Part shown: in pieces, positions 50,242 through 59,306 of the stretch
Numbering within the stretch: the first letter of the stretch is position 1
Layout: each line of letters opens with the position of its first letter
Source of the DNA: an uncultured Acidobacteriota bacterium
Lineage (GTDB): Bacteria; Acidobacteriota; UBA4820; DSQY01
NCBI GenBank assembly: GCA_963772255.1
Contig: CAVYWK010000029.1
Span: 404,645-468,644 of the forward strand
Direction: 5' to 3'
DNA length: 64,000 nt
Notes under the pieces: generated by a model
Told to the model about the DNA's origin: nothing
Databases searched by the model: none
The model's input: only the letters and a program-made list of their open reading frames with translations
Position numbers and translations under genes: made by a program

Positions 50242-50313
50242 GTCTTTCCTCCTAGTGCATCAAACCTTCGGCTATCGGCAGTCAGTCAGCAACGTTGGTC
50301 CAGTGATCCCGGT

Positions 50314-50337
50314 TTAGAAATCCCTCCTCATTTCTAA
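50314..50337. promoter_or_regulatory. Perfect 8-bp inverted repeat TTAGAAAT-N8-ATTTCTAA in the 121-nt qmoC-dsrA spacer
   Basis: Read directly. It is AT-rich within GC-rich surroundings. It could be an operator or a weak hairpin. Confidence 0.3.
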
Positions 50338-50362
50338 TCCTGCCTTTCCGTGTCCTCCCTCT

Positions 50363-51469
50363 CTATTTGCTTCTCGTGGCCGCCATGGCCACCGTGCGGT
50401 AGATCAGGTGCGCAAACTTGGTGAACGGCGCGAAGAGGAAGAGCACGAATATGAGAACCAGGTGGATGTAGTAGACCGGATACATGACGCTGGCAGTCTC
50501 GACGAGCCGGGCCGACTGGGAGAGGATACCCGTGAGGACCACGCCCGTGAGCCCGAGAAGGAAAAGCCAGTCGAAATAGGTGCTGTTCCGGCGCTTTTCC
50601 GCATCGCCCAGCCGGTCCACCAAAAGGATGACCAGGCCGATGAAGATCACCACCGCACACGCGTTGGCGAAGATCTTGAAGAAGGACTCCACGGGTCGGG
50701 ACATGTCCCAGAAGGGCAGGGGAGTGTGCATGAACCCTGCCATGGTGCCGATACCCACCACCGTCCCCATGAAGGCGAGGCCGGCGAAGCCCCACAGTGT
50801 CAGCAGGTGGCCCCAGAACCGGTTCTTCTCTTTGCCGCAGTCCTTGAAACGCTTGTGGGTCATGATGTCCACGAGCGCCGGCACGAACCCCGAAACGATG
50901 CTGCCGGTCGCCCCGCGGGCTCGCATGGCCTTGACGAAACGCGTCACGCCCACGCCAAACGCGAGGAGGGCGAGGCCGCCCACCGTGAAAAAGAGGGCCT
51001 CAAGCACGGGGAGCGGGAAGCGCGAAGCGAATTCCAGCACCTGGTCCTGCCTCTCGGGAGCCAGCATGGCGATGGCCGCGAAGAGGATGGCGGGGATGGC
51101 CAGGAGGACGAGCAGTCCCGCCGGCCGGGCCGCCAGCCGGGCCACGAAGCCCGGGAACGCATAGTGCTGGATGGCCTGATTTCGCAACGCGCCGAAGACG
51201 TCTCCCGGCCGGGCGCCGCGCGGGCACCGGGTGGAGCAGTCCCCGCAGTTGTGGCACAGCCAGATGGCCGGGTCGGAGAGCACCTGGTCCTTGAGCCCCC
51301 ACTGGGTCTGGATCATCTGCCTGCGGGGAAAGGGAGCCTCGTCGGGCGCCAGTGTGCAGGTCACGGAGCAGGTGGCGCACTGGTAGCACTTCTTGAGGTC
51401 CTCGCCCCCGGAGCACATGACGTCTTTAATGAAGCGCACATCCGGTTGGATCAGCGTGGAATCAGCCAT
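50363..51469 (-). CDS. qmoC: QmoC, membrane-bound HdrC/HdrE-like subunit
   Basis: Has the N-terminal Fe-S motifs CYQCATCSVTC and CHNCGDCSTRCP, followed by six or so TM helices. It lies directly after qmoB. Confidence 0.88.
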   Translation of the reverse strand: MADSTLIQPDVRFIKDVMCSGGEDLKKCYQCATCSVTCTLAPDEAPFPRRQMIQTQWGLKDQVLSDPAIWLCHNCGDCSTRCPRGARPGDVFGALRNQAIQHYAFPGFVARLAARPAGLLVLLAIPAILFAAIAMLAPERQDQVLEFASRFPLPVLEALFFTVGGLALLAFGVGVTRFVKAMRARGATGSIVSGFVPALVDIMTHKRFKDCGKEKNRFWGHLLTLWGFAGLAFMGTVVGIGTMAGFMHTPLPFWDMSRPVESFFKIFANACAVVIFIGLVILLVDRLGDAEKRRNSTYFDWLFLLGLTGVVLTGILSQSARLVETASVMYPVYYIHLVLIFVLFLFAPFTKFAHLIYRTVAMAATRSK

Positions 51470-51489
51470 GGAACCGGCTCCTTCTTTCC

Positions 51490-51521
51490 TAGTCCCCCAA
51501 TCCCCTAGTCCCCTAGTCTCG
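51490..51521. repeat. Tandem octamers tagtcccc caatcccc tagtcccc tagtctcg (the reverse complement of GGGGACTA) in the qmoB-qmoC spacer
   Basis: Read directly. It uses the same unit as 4989-5008 in the opposite orientation. Confidence 0.7.
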
Positions 51522-51535
51522 ACCCCGAGTTGTGA

Positions 51536-53791
51536 TCAGAATCCCTTGTAGGGATTCGGTCCCATCTCGCGGATCTTGTCCATGAATTCGTTGATCATGA
51601 CGGGCAGCTTGTCGTACTCGTTGATGGCGAGCTGGGTGAGCTGGATGCGCGCGGATTCGAGCTGGAGCCGTTGGAGGGTCTCCTTGACGTTCTCGAGGCG
51701 CGTGTTGGCGAGCTCGCTGCCCTTGGCGAAGTGGCACTGGTAGTCGTCCCCGTACTTGCAGCCGATGAGCATGACCCCGTCGATGCCCCCGGAGAGGGCG
51801 TCGGCGATCCAGACGATGTTGAGGGAGCCGAGGCATCGGAGCGGGATGACGCGCACGCTCGGGTCGTACTGGACGCGGTTCAACCCCGCCACGTCCAGGG
51901 CCGGGTAGGCGTCGTTCTCGCACATGAACACGAGGACGCGAGGCTTCTCCTCGTCCTCTTCGGGGACCTCGATGGCCTTGATCATGGTGGCGATCATGTC
52001 CACCGAATAGTTCTTGAAGGAGATGATCCGCTCGGGGCAGGCCCCCATGCAGACGCCGCACCGGCGGCAGCGGTAGGGGTTGGGCTTGGGCGTGCCCTTC
52101 TCGTCTTCGTCGATGGTCCCGAAGGGGCACTCCTCCGTGCAGCGCTTGCACTGGGTGCAGCGCTGGAGGAAGAACTCGGGGAAGGACATGTCACCCGCCC
52201 TGGGGTGCACGGCCTGGCCTACGGCGGCCAGCTCTACGGACTGGATCGCCTTCATGGCGGCCCCGAGGGCGTCCTCCTGGGCGTGAGCCGAATCCATGGG
52301 CGCGCGCATGGCTCCCGCGGCGTAGATGGCGGTTCTCCGGGTCTCGTACGGGAAGCAGACGAAGTGCGAGTCCGGGAAGCCGTACCTGAGGACGGGAAGG
52401 TCGGGACCCTGGCGGTAGGTGAGGTTGAGGATGCCCGTGCCCTCGTGGTGCTTGAGTTCCTCCACCTTTTTTTCGGCCTCGGTGCGCTGGGTCTCGGACT
52501 CGTTCCTCAAGACTTTGGCCCGGGCGTCGCTGAGTTGCCGGATGGCCTCGCTGTCCGCCGAGTTGGGAACCATGCCCGTGGCCAGGACCACCAGGTCCAC
52601 CACCACCTGGATGGTTTCCCCGATGAGCGTGTCCTTGACGCCCACCGCGAGCTTCCCGCCCGCGGCCTTCTCCACCACGGCCACCTCGCCCTTGGTCAGG
52701 AAGGTCCCCGGGTGGTTCTGGGCCTTGGCGTAGTATTTCTCGTACTGCCCAGGCGTGCGCATGTCCTTGTAGACGATGAAGACCTTGGCGTCGGCGTTCT
52801 GCCGGTGCACGAGCTCGGAGTGCTTGAGCGTCGCCATGCAGCACACGGACGAACAGTAGGGCAGGTGGTCCTTGTCGCGGGAGCCCGCGCACTGGACGAA
52901 GAGGACGCTCTCCACGGCCTTGCCGTCCGAGGGCCTCTTCAAGGGTCCCGCGGCGACCATCTTCTCGAATTCCACGTTGGTCACCACGTCCGGCGTGAGA
53001 CCGTAACCCAGGTGCGAGAGCTTGGCCGGATCGTAGGGCTTCCAGCCCGTGGCCATGACCACGGCGCCCACGCGGTGGACGACGGTGTTCCCGCCCGCCT
53101 CGATGGTGACGTCGAACTGGCCCGGCTGACCGGTCGTCTGGACGATGGTCGCGCCGGTGTGCAGCTTCACCTTGGGGTGATAGCTCACGGCCTGGATCTG
53201 TTCCGCCAAATCGGTCGCCTGGATTTCTGTGAACGGCGCGTCCTTCGGGAACCGGTGCGTGAGCGTGCCCACGAACCCGCCGAGGTGGGGCTGTTTCTCG
53301 ACCAGCACCACCTCGTACCCCGCCGCCGCCGCTTCGAGGGCCGCGGTCATGCCCGTGACGCCGCCGCCCACCACGAGGATGGTCTTGCAGACGGTGTCGG
53401 AGACGGGTTCGAGGGGCTCCATCTTCTGGGCCTTCACGATCCCCATGCGCAGGTAGTCCTCCGCCATCATCTGGGTGTCTTCGTCCTTGGGCTTCTGACA
53501 CCAGGCCACGTGCTCGCGGAGGTTGACGCGTTCCAAGACCATCCTGGGATCGAAGGCGAAGGCATCGGTCTTCACGCGGGGAGAACACGCCGCGATGACC
53601 ACGGAGTTCACCGCGTCGTCTGCCAGGTCCTTGCGGATGAGCTCGACGCCCTCCTTGCCGCACAGGAATGGGTGCACCTGGCACACGGGGGCCTTGTATT
53701 CCTTCTGGGCGACCTTCACAAGCCCGTCCACGTTCAAGGCGTCGCCTATGGAACAGCCGCTGCAGATGTAGACGCCGAGTTTTTTATCCAT
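51536..53791 (-). CDS. qmoB: QmoB, HdrA-like flavoprotein with a MvhD-like C-terminus
   Basis: A 751 aa protein. Starts MDKKLGVYICSGCSIGD, has the FAD motif ILVVGGGVTGMTAALEAAAAG, and contains CTQCKRCTEECP and CRRCGVCMGACP. Confidence 0.9.
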   Translation of the reverse strand: MDKKLGVYICSGCSIGDALNVDGLVKVAQKEYKAPVCQVHPFLCGKEGVELIRKDLADDAVNSVVIAACSPRVKTDAFAFDPRMVLERVNLREHVAWCQKPKDEDTQMMAEDYLRMGIVKAQKMEPLEPVSDTVCKTILVVGGGVTGMTAALEAAAAGYEVVLVEKQPHLGGFVGTLTHRFPKDAPFTEIQATDLAEQIQAVSYHPKVKLHTGATIVQTTGQPGQFDVTIEAGGNTVVHRVGAVVMATGWKPYDPAKLSHLGYGLTPDVVTNVEFEKMVAAGPLKRPSDGKAVESVLFVQCAGSRDKDHLPYCSSVCCMATLKHSELVHRQNADAKVFIVYKDMRTPGQYEKYYAKAQNHPGTFLTKGEVAVVEKAAGGKLAVGVKDTLIGETIQVVVDLVVLATGMVPNSADSEAIRQLSDARAKVLRNESETQRTEAEKKVEELKHHEGTGILNLTYRQGPDLPVLRYGFPDSHFVCFPYETRRTAIYAAGAMRAPMDSAHAQEDALGAAMKAIQSVELAAVGQAVHPRAGDMSFPEFFLQRCTQCKRCTEECPFGTIDEDEKGTPKPNPYRCRRCGVCMGACPERIISFKNYSVDMIATMIKAIEVPEEDEEKPRVLVFMCENDAYPALDVAGLNRVQYDPSVRVIPLRCLGSLNIVWIADALSGGIDGVMLIGCKYGDDYQCHFAKGSELANTRLENVKETLQRLQLESARIQLTQLAINEYDKLPVMINEFMDKIREMGPNPYKGF

Positions 53792-55061
53792 GGTGAGCGC
53801 TCCTTACCACGCACTGGAAAGCCTTAAGCGCCGCTCCCGTCCCGTCCTGCACGGTGGCTGAGACTTCCTCGGGTCGGCGGACGCAGCCCGCGCCGTAAAA
53901 CCCCGTCTTGCCAGGGCGGTTCTCGATAAACTTGAATTCATCCAGGACGGCCGCCTGGGGAAGCCCTTGCGTCTGGGGCACGATTCCCGTGGCGAGGACC
54001 AGCAGGTCCACGCGTTCGTGGATCTTCCGGCCGTGGACCACATCCTCCACCTCGATGAGCACGTCCTTGGTGGCGCCGTCCTCCTCCACCTTGGCCACCT
54101 TGCCCTTGATGAGCTCGACGCCCGGATCGGCGGAGACCTTGGCGTAGAAGTCCTCCAGGCGCCCGGGGGTTCTGATGTCGATGTAGAAGATCTTCACCTT
54201 GGCGTCTGGATAGGCGGCGCGGACGTACGTGGCCTGCTTGAGGGAGGCGGCGCAGCATACGGCGGAGCAGTAGGGCAGGTGGTTCTCGTCGCGCGAGCCC
54301 GCGCACTGCACGAAGGCCACGGTCTTGGGCTCCTTGCCGTCGGAGGGGCGGAGGATCTTCCCCCCCGTGGGCCCGTTGATGGAGGCGAGGCGCTCCATGA
54401 TCACGTTGGTCACCACGTTGGCGCAGCGCCCGTAACCCAGGTTGTCGATCTTGGTGGCGTCGTAGGGTGCCCACCCGGTGGCGGCGATGACGGCGGCCAC
54501 GTTCAGGGTCCGGGTCTGGGCCTTCTGGTTCAGGTCGATGGCGTCGTAGGCGCACGCCTTGACGCATGCCTCGCAGCCGGACGGGCACGCGGCGCGATCG
54601 ATGGCGAAGAGCGTGGGATAGGCCATGGGATAGGGAAGGTAGGCCGCCTTGGTCTTGGACAGACCGTAGTTGAAATCGTCGGTGCGCTCCGCCGGGCAGA
54701 CCTTGGCGCACTCGCCGCAGAGGGTGCATGCGTCGGTCACGTGGCGCGGAGAGACCTGGACCTTGGCCGTGTAGTCCCCCGGCGAGCCGGTCAGGTCCAA
54801 AAGCTCCGATTGGGTGAGCACTTCGATGCGGCCGTTGTTCTTGAGCCGCTTGAAGTTGATCTCGAGTCCGCAGGCCGGAGGGCAGAGCTTGGGAAAGTAG
54901 AGGTTCATCCGGGCCACCCGGCCCCCGAGGAAGGGAGACCGTTCCACGAGGACCACGGAGCAACCTGCCTCCGCGGCTTCGAGGGCCGCGGTCATGCCGG
55001 CCATCCCGCCCCCTAAAACCAAGATTCCCTTACCGTTGTGACCCTCTGAAGTCGTTGGCAT
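53784..55061 (-). CDS. qmoA: QmoA, HdrA-like flavoprotein
   Basis: Contains ILVLGGGMAGMTAALEAAEAG and CTLCGECAKVCP. It overlaps the qmoB start by 8 nt. Confidence 0.9.
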   Translation of the reverse strand: MPTTSEGHNGKGILVLGGGMAGMTAALEAAEAGCSVVLVERSPFLGGRVARMNLYFPKLCPPACGLEINFKRLKNNGRIEVLTQSELLDLTGSPGDYTAKVQVSPRHVTDACTLCGECAKVCPAERTDDFNYGLSKTKAAYLPYPMAYPTLFAIDRAACPSGCEACVKACAYDAIDLNQKAQTRTLNVAAVIAATGWAPYDATKIDNLGYGRCANVVTNVIMERLASINGPTGGKILRPSDGKEPKTVAFVQCAGSRDENHLPYCSAVCCAASLKQATYVRAAYPDAKVKIFYIDIRTPGRLEDFYAKVSADPGVELIKGKVAKVEEDGATKDVLIEVEDVVHGRKIHERVDLLVLATGIVPQTQGLPQAAVLDEFKFIENRPGKTGFYGAGCVRRPEEVSATVQDGTGAALKAFQCVVRSAHHG

Positions 55062-55088
55062 GACGCTTCTCCCTGCTGTCCCTGTCTC

Positions 55089-55922
55089 TTACGGAGTCGG
55101 AAGGGTGGCCGGGGAGGCCGCTTCGGCGGCTCTCCGGTGGGCCTCGACGACCGAACTGCGGATCTTCATGGTCTTCTCGCCGAACAGACTGAATCGGAGC
55201 CACTGCATGGCGAATTCCAGGAGCTCCTCGTTGTCCTCGCGGATTACCTCCACTCGGGTTTCGTCCACTTCGAAATAGTTCAGGAACTTGGTCTCGAAGA
55301 CGAAGCGCCGGAACCGGTCCAGGTCGTAGCAGGCCATGTAGACCATGTCCAGCTTGCCGGCCGGGATGGGTTCGCCCTTGGACCAATCCGGATGGAGCAT
55401 GAGCTCCTTGAAGGAGGAACCCATCATGTCGTACTCCTCGATGCCCTGATCCGAGACCCACTCGCGCACGGTCCATTCCCGGCCCTGCCCGTGGCCCTTG
55501 CAGAGGTCCTCGCGGAGCAGGAAGTGAAAGGCGTGGTCCTCGGGGTTGGGGTTCTGCGGCTCGGCCGCGCCCAGGGGATACATGCGGCAGGCCCAGGGTC
55601 TGTTCTGATAGACGGTGCAACCCTGCTCGCCCACCAGGGGGCAGCGCTTGTCCTCGCCCTGCATCTTCAGCAGGACCACGGGGAAGTTCGGCTTGGCGGC
55701 AACGCCCGTGATGGTGTGCTTTTCAAGAAATTCGGAGGAATCCATTCTCAAGGCGCGGGTCAGTCTGAGGATGTCGTAAGGCGTGAGCACGATGGAGACA
55801 TCCTTGCAGCAACAGGTAAAGCATGAGAGCCCCGGGCGACACTCGAAGGTGAAGTGTTCGTCCAGGCCCATTCGCGGAAAGTCTTTGAGGATGGCTTCTC
55901 TGGTGATGGGTTGATCATTCAT
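55089..55922 (-). CDS. YkgJ/UPF0153-type cysteine-cluster protein inserted between aprA and qmoA
   Basis: Contains [16 protein letters not shown] and [24 protein letters not shown]. It is 277 aa. Confidence 0.7.
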   Translation of the reverse strand: MNDQPITREAILKDFPRMGLDEHFTFECRPGLSCFTCCCKDVSIVLTPYDILRLTRALRMDSSEFLEKHTITGVAAKPNFPVVLLKMQGEDKRCPLVGEQGCTVYQNRPWACRMYPLGAAEPQNPNPEDHAFHFLLREDLCKGHGQGREWTVREWVSDQGIEEYDMMGSSFKELMLHPDWSKGEPIPAGKLDMVYMACYDLDRFRRFVFETKFLNYFEVDETRVEVIREDNEELLEFAMQWLRFSLFGEKTMKIRSSVVEAHRRAAEAASPATLPTP

Positions 55923-56202
55923 GGGACGTTCCCTTATCGAAAAGGATGGAGTCTTTGAGCGCGTCTTTGGACCAGACGGGCAGGGGCCCCGTCTCGCCGG
56001 TGGAGGGATCGTGCCGGTGGCGGTACGAAGCGGTCACGTTGTAGTGATCGGACATCCAGGCCCAGCCCCGCACGAAGTAAGGGCAGTCGTCGTTGAAGCA
56101 GACGTACTGAAATTCTCCGCCCCAGCTCCCCATCTGCGGATTCGCCCATCGCTCCATGGGCGCTTGGCAGTGGGGGCAGATGAACGAATGATCCGGGGCC
56201 AT
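55915..56202 (-). CDS. Small zinc-ribbon-like protein (95 aa)
   Basis: Reads [50 protein letters not shown], giving a CPxC...CxxxxC arrangement. It overlaps the next gene by 8 nt. Confidence 0.6.
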   Translation of the reverse strand: MAPDHSFICPHCQAPMERWANPQMGSWGGEFQYVCFNDDCPYFVRGWAWMSDHYNVTASYRHRHDPSTGETGPLPVWSKDALKDSILFDKGTSHE

Positions 56203-56230
56203 GGCGTCACCTAAGACAGGAGTGTGAAAC

Positions 56231-56271
56231 CAGGAAAAGAAGGAGGCCCCCGCCCCTTGACGGGGACCTCC
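56231..56271 (-). terminator. Rho-independent terminator-like hairpin 15 nt after the aprA stop
   Basis: The minus strand reads GGAGGTCCCCG-tcaagggg-CGGGGGCCTCC followed by TTCTTTTCC. That is an 11-bp stem (one G-U pair), an 8-nt loop and a T-rich tail. Confidence 0.6.
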
Positions 56272-56285
56272 TGGAACCAGACGCA

Positions 56286-58214
56286 TTAACCGCCGAGGAG
56301 TTCGTGATCCTTCGGCTGGGGGAAAATGTGCTTGATGGGCCGCTTGATCATCTCCCAGTTGCCGGACTTGGGATCGACTTTGCAGTTGGCGAAGACGAGC
56401 CAGTCCTTGTCGTTGATCGCGGGCGTGTCGGCGCGGAAATAGTAACCGGGCCAGCGCGTCTCTTCGCGGAACAGCATGGTGCGGACGTGGGCCTCGGCCT
56501 GCCACATACGGTGCTGGTTTTCCCAGCAGCGCATGAGCTCGTGGAGGCTGGAGGCGGCGAGGTTCTCCGCGTCTTCCTTCAGCAGGGCCAGGAGTTCCAG
56601 CGCACGCTCGAGCTGAGCCTTGTTGACCATGAACTGGGAGGACACGCCTCCAGCGTACTCGTCCATGATCTTCTGGAGGCGGAACATGAACATCCTGGGC
56701 TTGATGTAGTTGGGGTTGATCTCCGGGTCGGTGGTGGCGTTCTTGTGGGCCTCGAAGGTGTCCATGGGCTTGAGGATCGCGGCCTTCAGGGCATCGACCT
56801 CGGCCTGGTCAACCTTGGGCTGGGTGTTGTTCTCCACGATGAACTTCACCGCCGCTTTGGCGGCGATGCGGCCCTCGGCGTGGGAGCCGGAGGAGAACTT
56901 GTGGCTGGAGGCGCCCGAAGCGTCGCCGGCGCAGAAGAGGCCCTTCACCGTGGACATGTTGTCGTAGCCCCAGAAGTAGTCGCCCTTGGTGTCGCCGGTC
57001 TGGAGATCGGCGGGGCCGGAGACCCAGGCGCCGGACGCGCCGGAGTGGGAGCCGATGAAGTAGGGCTCGCAGGCGGCGATTTCGGAGCTGCGCTCCTCGG
57101 GCTGCACGTTGCTGGCGGCCCAGAGGATGGCCTGGGAGATGGTCATGTCGAGGAAATCTTCCCACGCCTCGGACTCGAGTTCCTTCATCTTCTTCTTGTA
57201 GGCCTTCTCGTCGTCCTTGTACTGGTCGGCGATCTTCTGGATGGCTTCTTCGGTCCGCATGAAGATCGGGCCCTTGCCTTCCATCAGGTCGAGCATGCCG
57301 AGGTAGTTGCGCAGGTTGGCCGGGATGGGTTTCACGCGGCCGTAGGGGCCCCATTTCTCCAGCTCGGGCTTGCGCTCGACCATGTATTCGCCGCCCATGG
57401 CGTTGGTGGCGCGGGACTTGAAGAGCAGGAACCACGCACCCACCGGACCGTAGGCGTCCTTGAACCGGACGGGGATGAAGCGCACTTCCTGGCACGTCAT
57501 CTCGGCGCCGGCCTTGAGGGTGAAGTAGGCGGAGGAGCCGGAGTTCCACGGCGGATACCAGGCGCGACCGAGGCCCTCGCCCATGCTGCGGGGCTTGAAC
57601 ACGTGCACGGCGCCGCCCAACATGACGATGGTGGCCTTCGCCTTGAAGATGTAGAACTTGTTCTCGCGCACCGAGAAGCCCACGGCTCCCGCGACGCGCT
57701 CGCCGTCCATGAGCGGCCCGACGATGAAGACGCGCTCGAAGATCTGGCCCACGCCGGATTGGAGCAGGGCGTTCTTGGCGGCCTCGGCCACGACGACCTT
57801 GTAGGACTCGCCGTTGATCATGAGCTGCCAGCGGCCCTCGTGAACGTAGCCGCCCTTCTCGTCCTTCCAGATGGGGAGTCCCCACTTCTCGAAGAGATGG
57901 ACGGTGGAGTCCACGTGGCGGGCGATGTTGGCGACCAGATCCTCGCGGGTGACGCCCATGAGGTCGTTGCGCACGTAGTCCACGTAGTCCTTGACGGAGT
58001 TGGCGCCGTCCTTGAGGCCCACGTACTGGTTGATGGCGGACAGGCCCATGGCCACGGCGCCGGAACGATCCATGGCGGCCTTGTCCACCAAGGTCACCTT
58101 CAGGCCGTTCTGCTTGGCCCAGTAAGCCGCTTCTACGGCCGCGCCGCAGGCGGCCATGCCCCCGCCGAGGATCAGGAGGTCGGTCTCGACCACAACGGTC
58201 TCAAAATTGGCCAT
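56286..58214 (-). CDS. aprA: Adenylylsulfate (APS) reductase alpha subunit
   Basis: A 642 aa protein. Starts [33 protein letters not shown] and contains ...[23 protein letters not shown].... Confidence 0.93.
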   Translation of the reverse strand: MANFETVVVETDLLILGGGMAACGAAVEAAYWAKQNGLKVTLVDKAAMDRSGAVAMGLSAINQYVGLKDGANSVKDYVDYVRNDLMGVTREDLVANIARHVDSTVHLFEKWGLPIWKDEKGGYVHEGRWQLMINGESYKVVVAEAAKNALLQSGVGQIFERVFIVGPLMDGERVAGAVGFSVRENKFYIFKAKATIVMLGGAVHVFKPRSMGEGLGRAWYPPWNSGSSAYFTLKAGAEMTCQEVRFIPVRFKDAYGPVGAWFLLFKSRATNAMGGEYMVERKPELEKWGPYGRVKPIPANLRNYLGMLDLMEGKGPIFMRTEEAIQKIADQYKDDEKAYKKKMKELESEAWEDFLDMTISQAILWAASNVQPEERSSEIAACEPYFIGSHSGASGAWVSGPADLQTGDTKGDYFWGYDNMSTVKGLFCAGDASGASSHKFSSGSHAEGRIAAKAAVKFIVENNTQPKVDQAEVDALKAAILKPMDTFEAHKNATTDPEINPNYIKPRMFMFRLQKIMDEYAGGVSSQFMVNKAQLERALELLALLKEDAENLAASSLHELMRCWENQHRMWQAEAHVRTMLFREETRWPGYYFRADTPAINDKDWLVFANCKVDPKSGNWEMIKRPIKHIFPQPKDHELLGG

Positions 58215-58229
58215 TTCTTTCCTCCCCCT

Positions 58230-58670
58230 CTACTTAGTCAGGGTAAAGATTTCATTGAGACCGGACGACGCAGGCTCCGTGAAAAGCGCGGGGCTGTTGA
58301 AGTCGGCTTTGGTCTCAAATCCACCGTCCGGTTTCGCCTGGCCTTCGGGAGTCGTCCGGATCGGGAACTTGAAGCGCTTGAGCATCCCGTTCCGGAACTT
58401 GACCGTCCACATGATGGAATCGGTGGACCGCAGCGGAGTGACCGCCGCGCCCATGGGCACGAAGTCGGCGTAGCCGCGGACCTCGACGGCCTGCGTGGGG
58501 CAGATCTTCACGCAGTTGTAGCACTCCCAGCACATGGAGACGTCCTGGTTGTACGCCTTCATCTTGTCCTTGTCCAGGACCATGAGGTCGTTGGGGCAAA
58601 TGTGCTGACACGCGGTCTTGTCCAGCGCTTTGCACCCGTCGCATTTCTCTGGGTTCACGTAACTCGGCAT
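58230..58670 (-). CDS. aprB: Adenylylsulfate (APS) reductase beta subunit
   Basis: Reads MPSYVNPEKCDGCKALDKTACQHICPNDLM...CWECYNCVKICP. A GGAGGTG lies 6 nt upstream of the ATG at 58670. Confidence 0.92.
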   Translation of the reverse strand: MPSYVNPEKCDGCKALDKTACQHICPNDLMVLDKDKMKAYNQDVSMCWECYNCVKICPTQAVEVRGYADFVPMGAAVTPLRSTDSIMWTVKFRNGMLKRFKFPIRTTPEGQAKPDGGFETKADFNSPALFTEPASSGLNEIFTLTK

Positions 58671-58976
58671 TCGTTCACCTCCAAACGGGTCAGGAACCAT
58701 GCCAAATGAATCTGAACGATCTCTGAAGACCCCCTCCTAGTCACTTCTCCACGTCTAGTTTGAGGAGTCACTCCACCTCCTTTCGCTGGAACTCTCACCG
58801 ACTGCGGAGCCGCAGCCGGGATGGAGCCTATCTGCTTCTGATCTGCAAGGCCTGGAACGCCATAATTACCGGTTGCCAGTTGAGTGCCACGTCTAGCCCC
58901 CCGGCCTCACTGCATGGCACCACACTAAGTCGGTCTCCATCATGACGCAATCGTTTGCGGTTAAAGGCTATTTTCA

Positions 58977-58992
58977 TGGGTTAAATAACCCA
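58977..58992. promoter_or_regulatory. Perfect palindrome TGGGTTA-AA-TAACCCA in the long non-coding region upstream of aprB
   Basis: Read directly, about 310 nt upstream of the aprB start, in a locally AT-richer stretch. A GGTTAAA half-site also occurs about 20 nt to the left. Confidence 0.3.
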
Positions 58993-59306
58993 CGAGTATT
59001 CACTCACTTCGCTCAGCCCTTCTCTGACAAGGACTTTCCAGCCAATTTAATCACCAACTTATATGCAGTTTAGTCTCCTCAGATGAGAACGGCCTCAGAC
59101 TCTTTGAACCACGATCCCCAATCCGCTGCTGGTTCAATAGTGATATATAAAAACTATTCGTTCCTGTGGCATATCAACATGCTCTCGCCGGCAGGATTTG
59201 AGAGGCCGGCGGATGTTCATGAGGTGGATCATCTCAGGCGAAGTCACTATTCCGGCGAGGTCTATCTCTTTCACTCTCCTCACATCGGATGTATGATGCC
59301 CCTCGC

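Noticed and set aside
59167-59182. TGGCATATCAACATGC, a sigma-54 -24/-12-like element upstream of the transposase. TGGCAAATACC at 12097 is a similar case.
   Set aside because: The GG-to-GC spacing is off by one and the -12 box is poor. No sigma-54 activator gene is present in the window.
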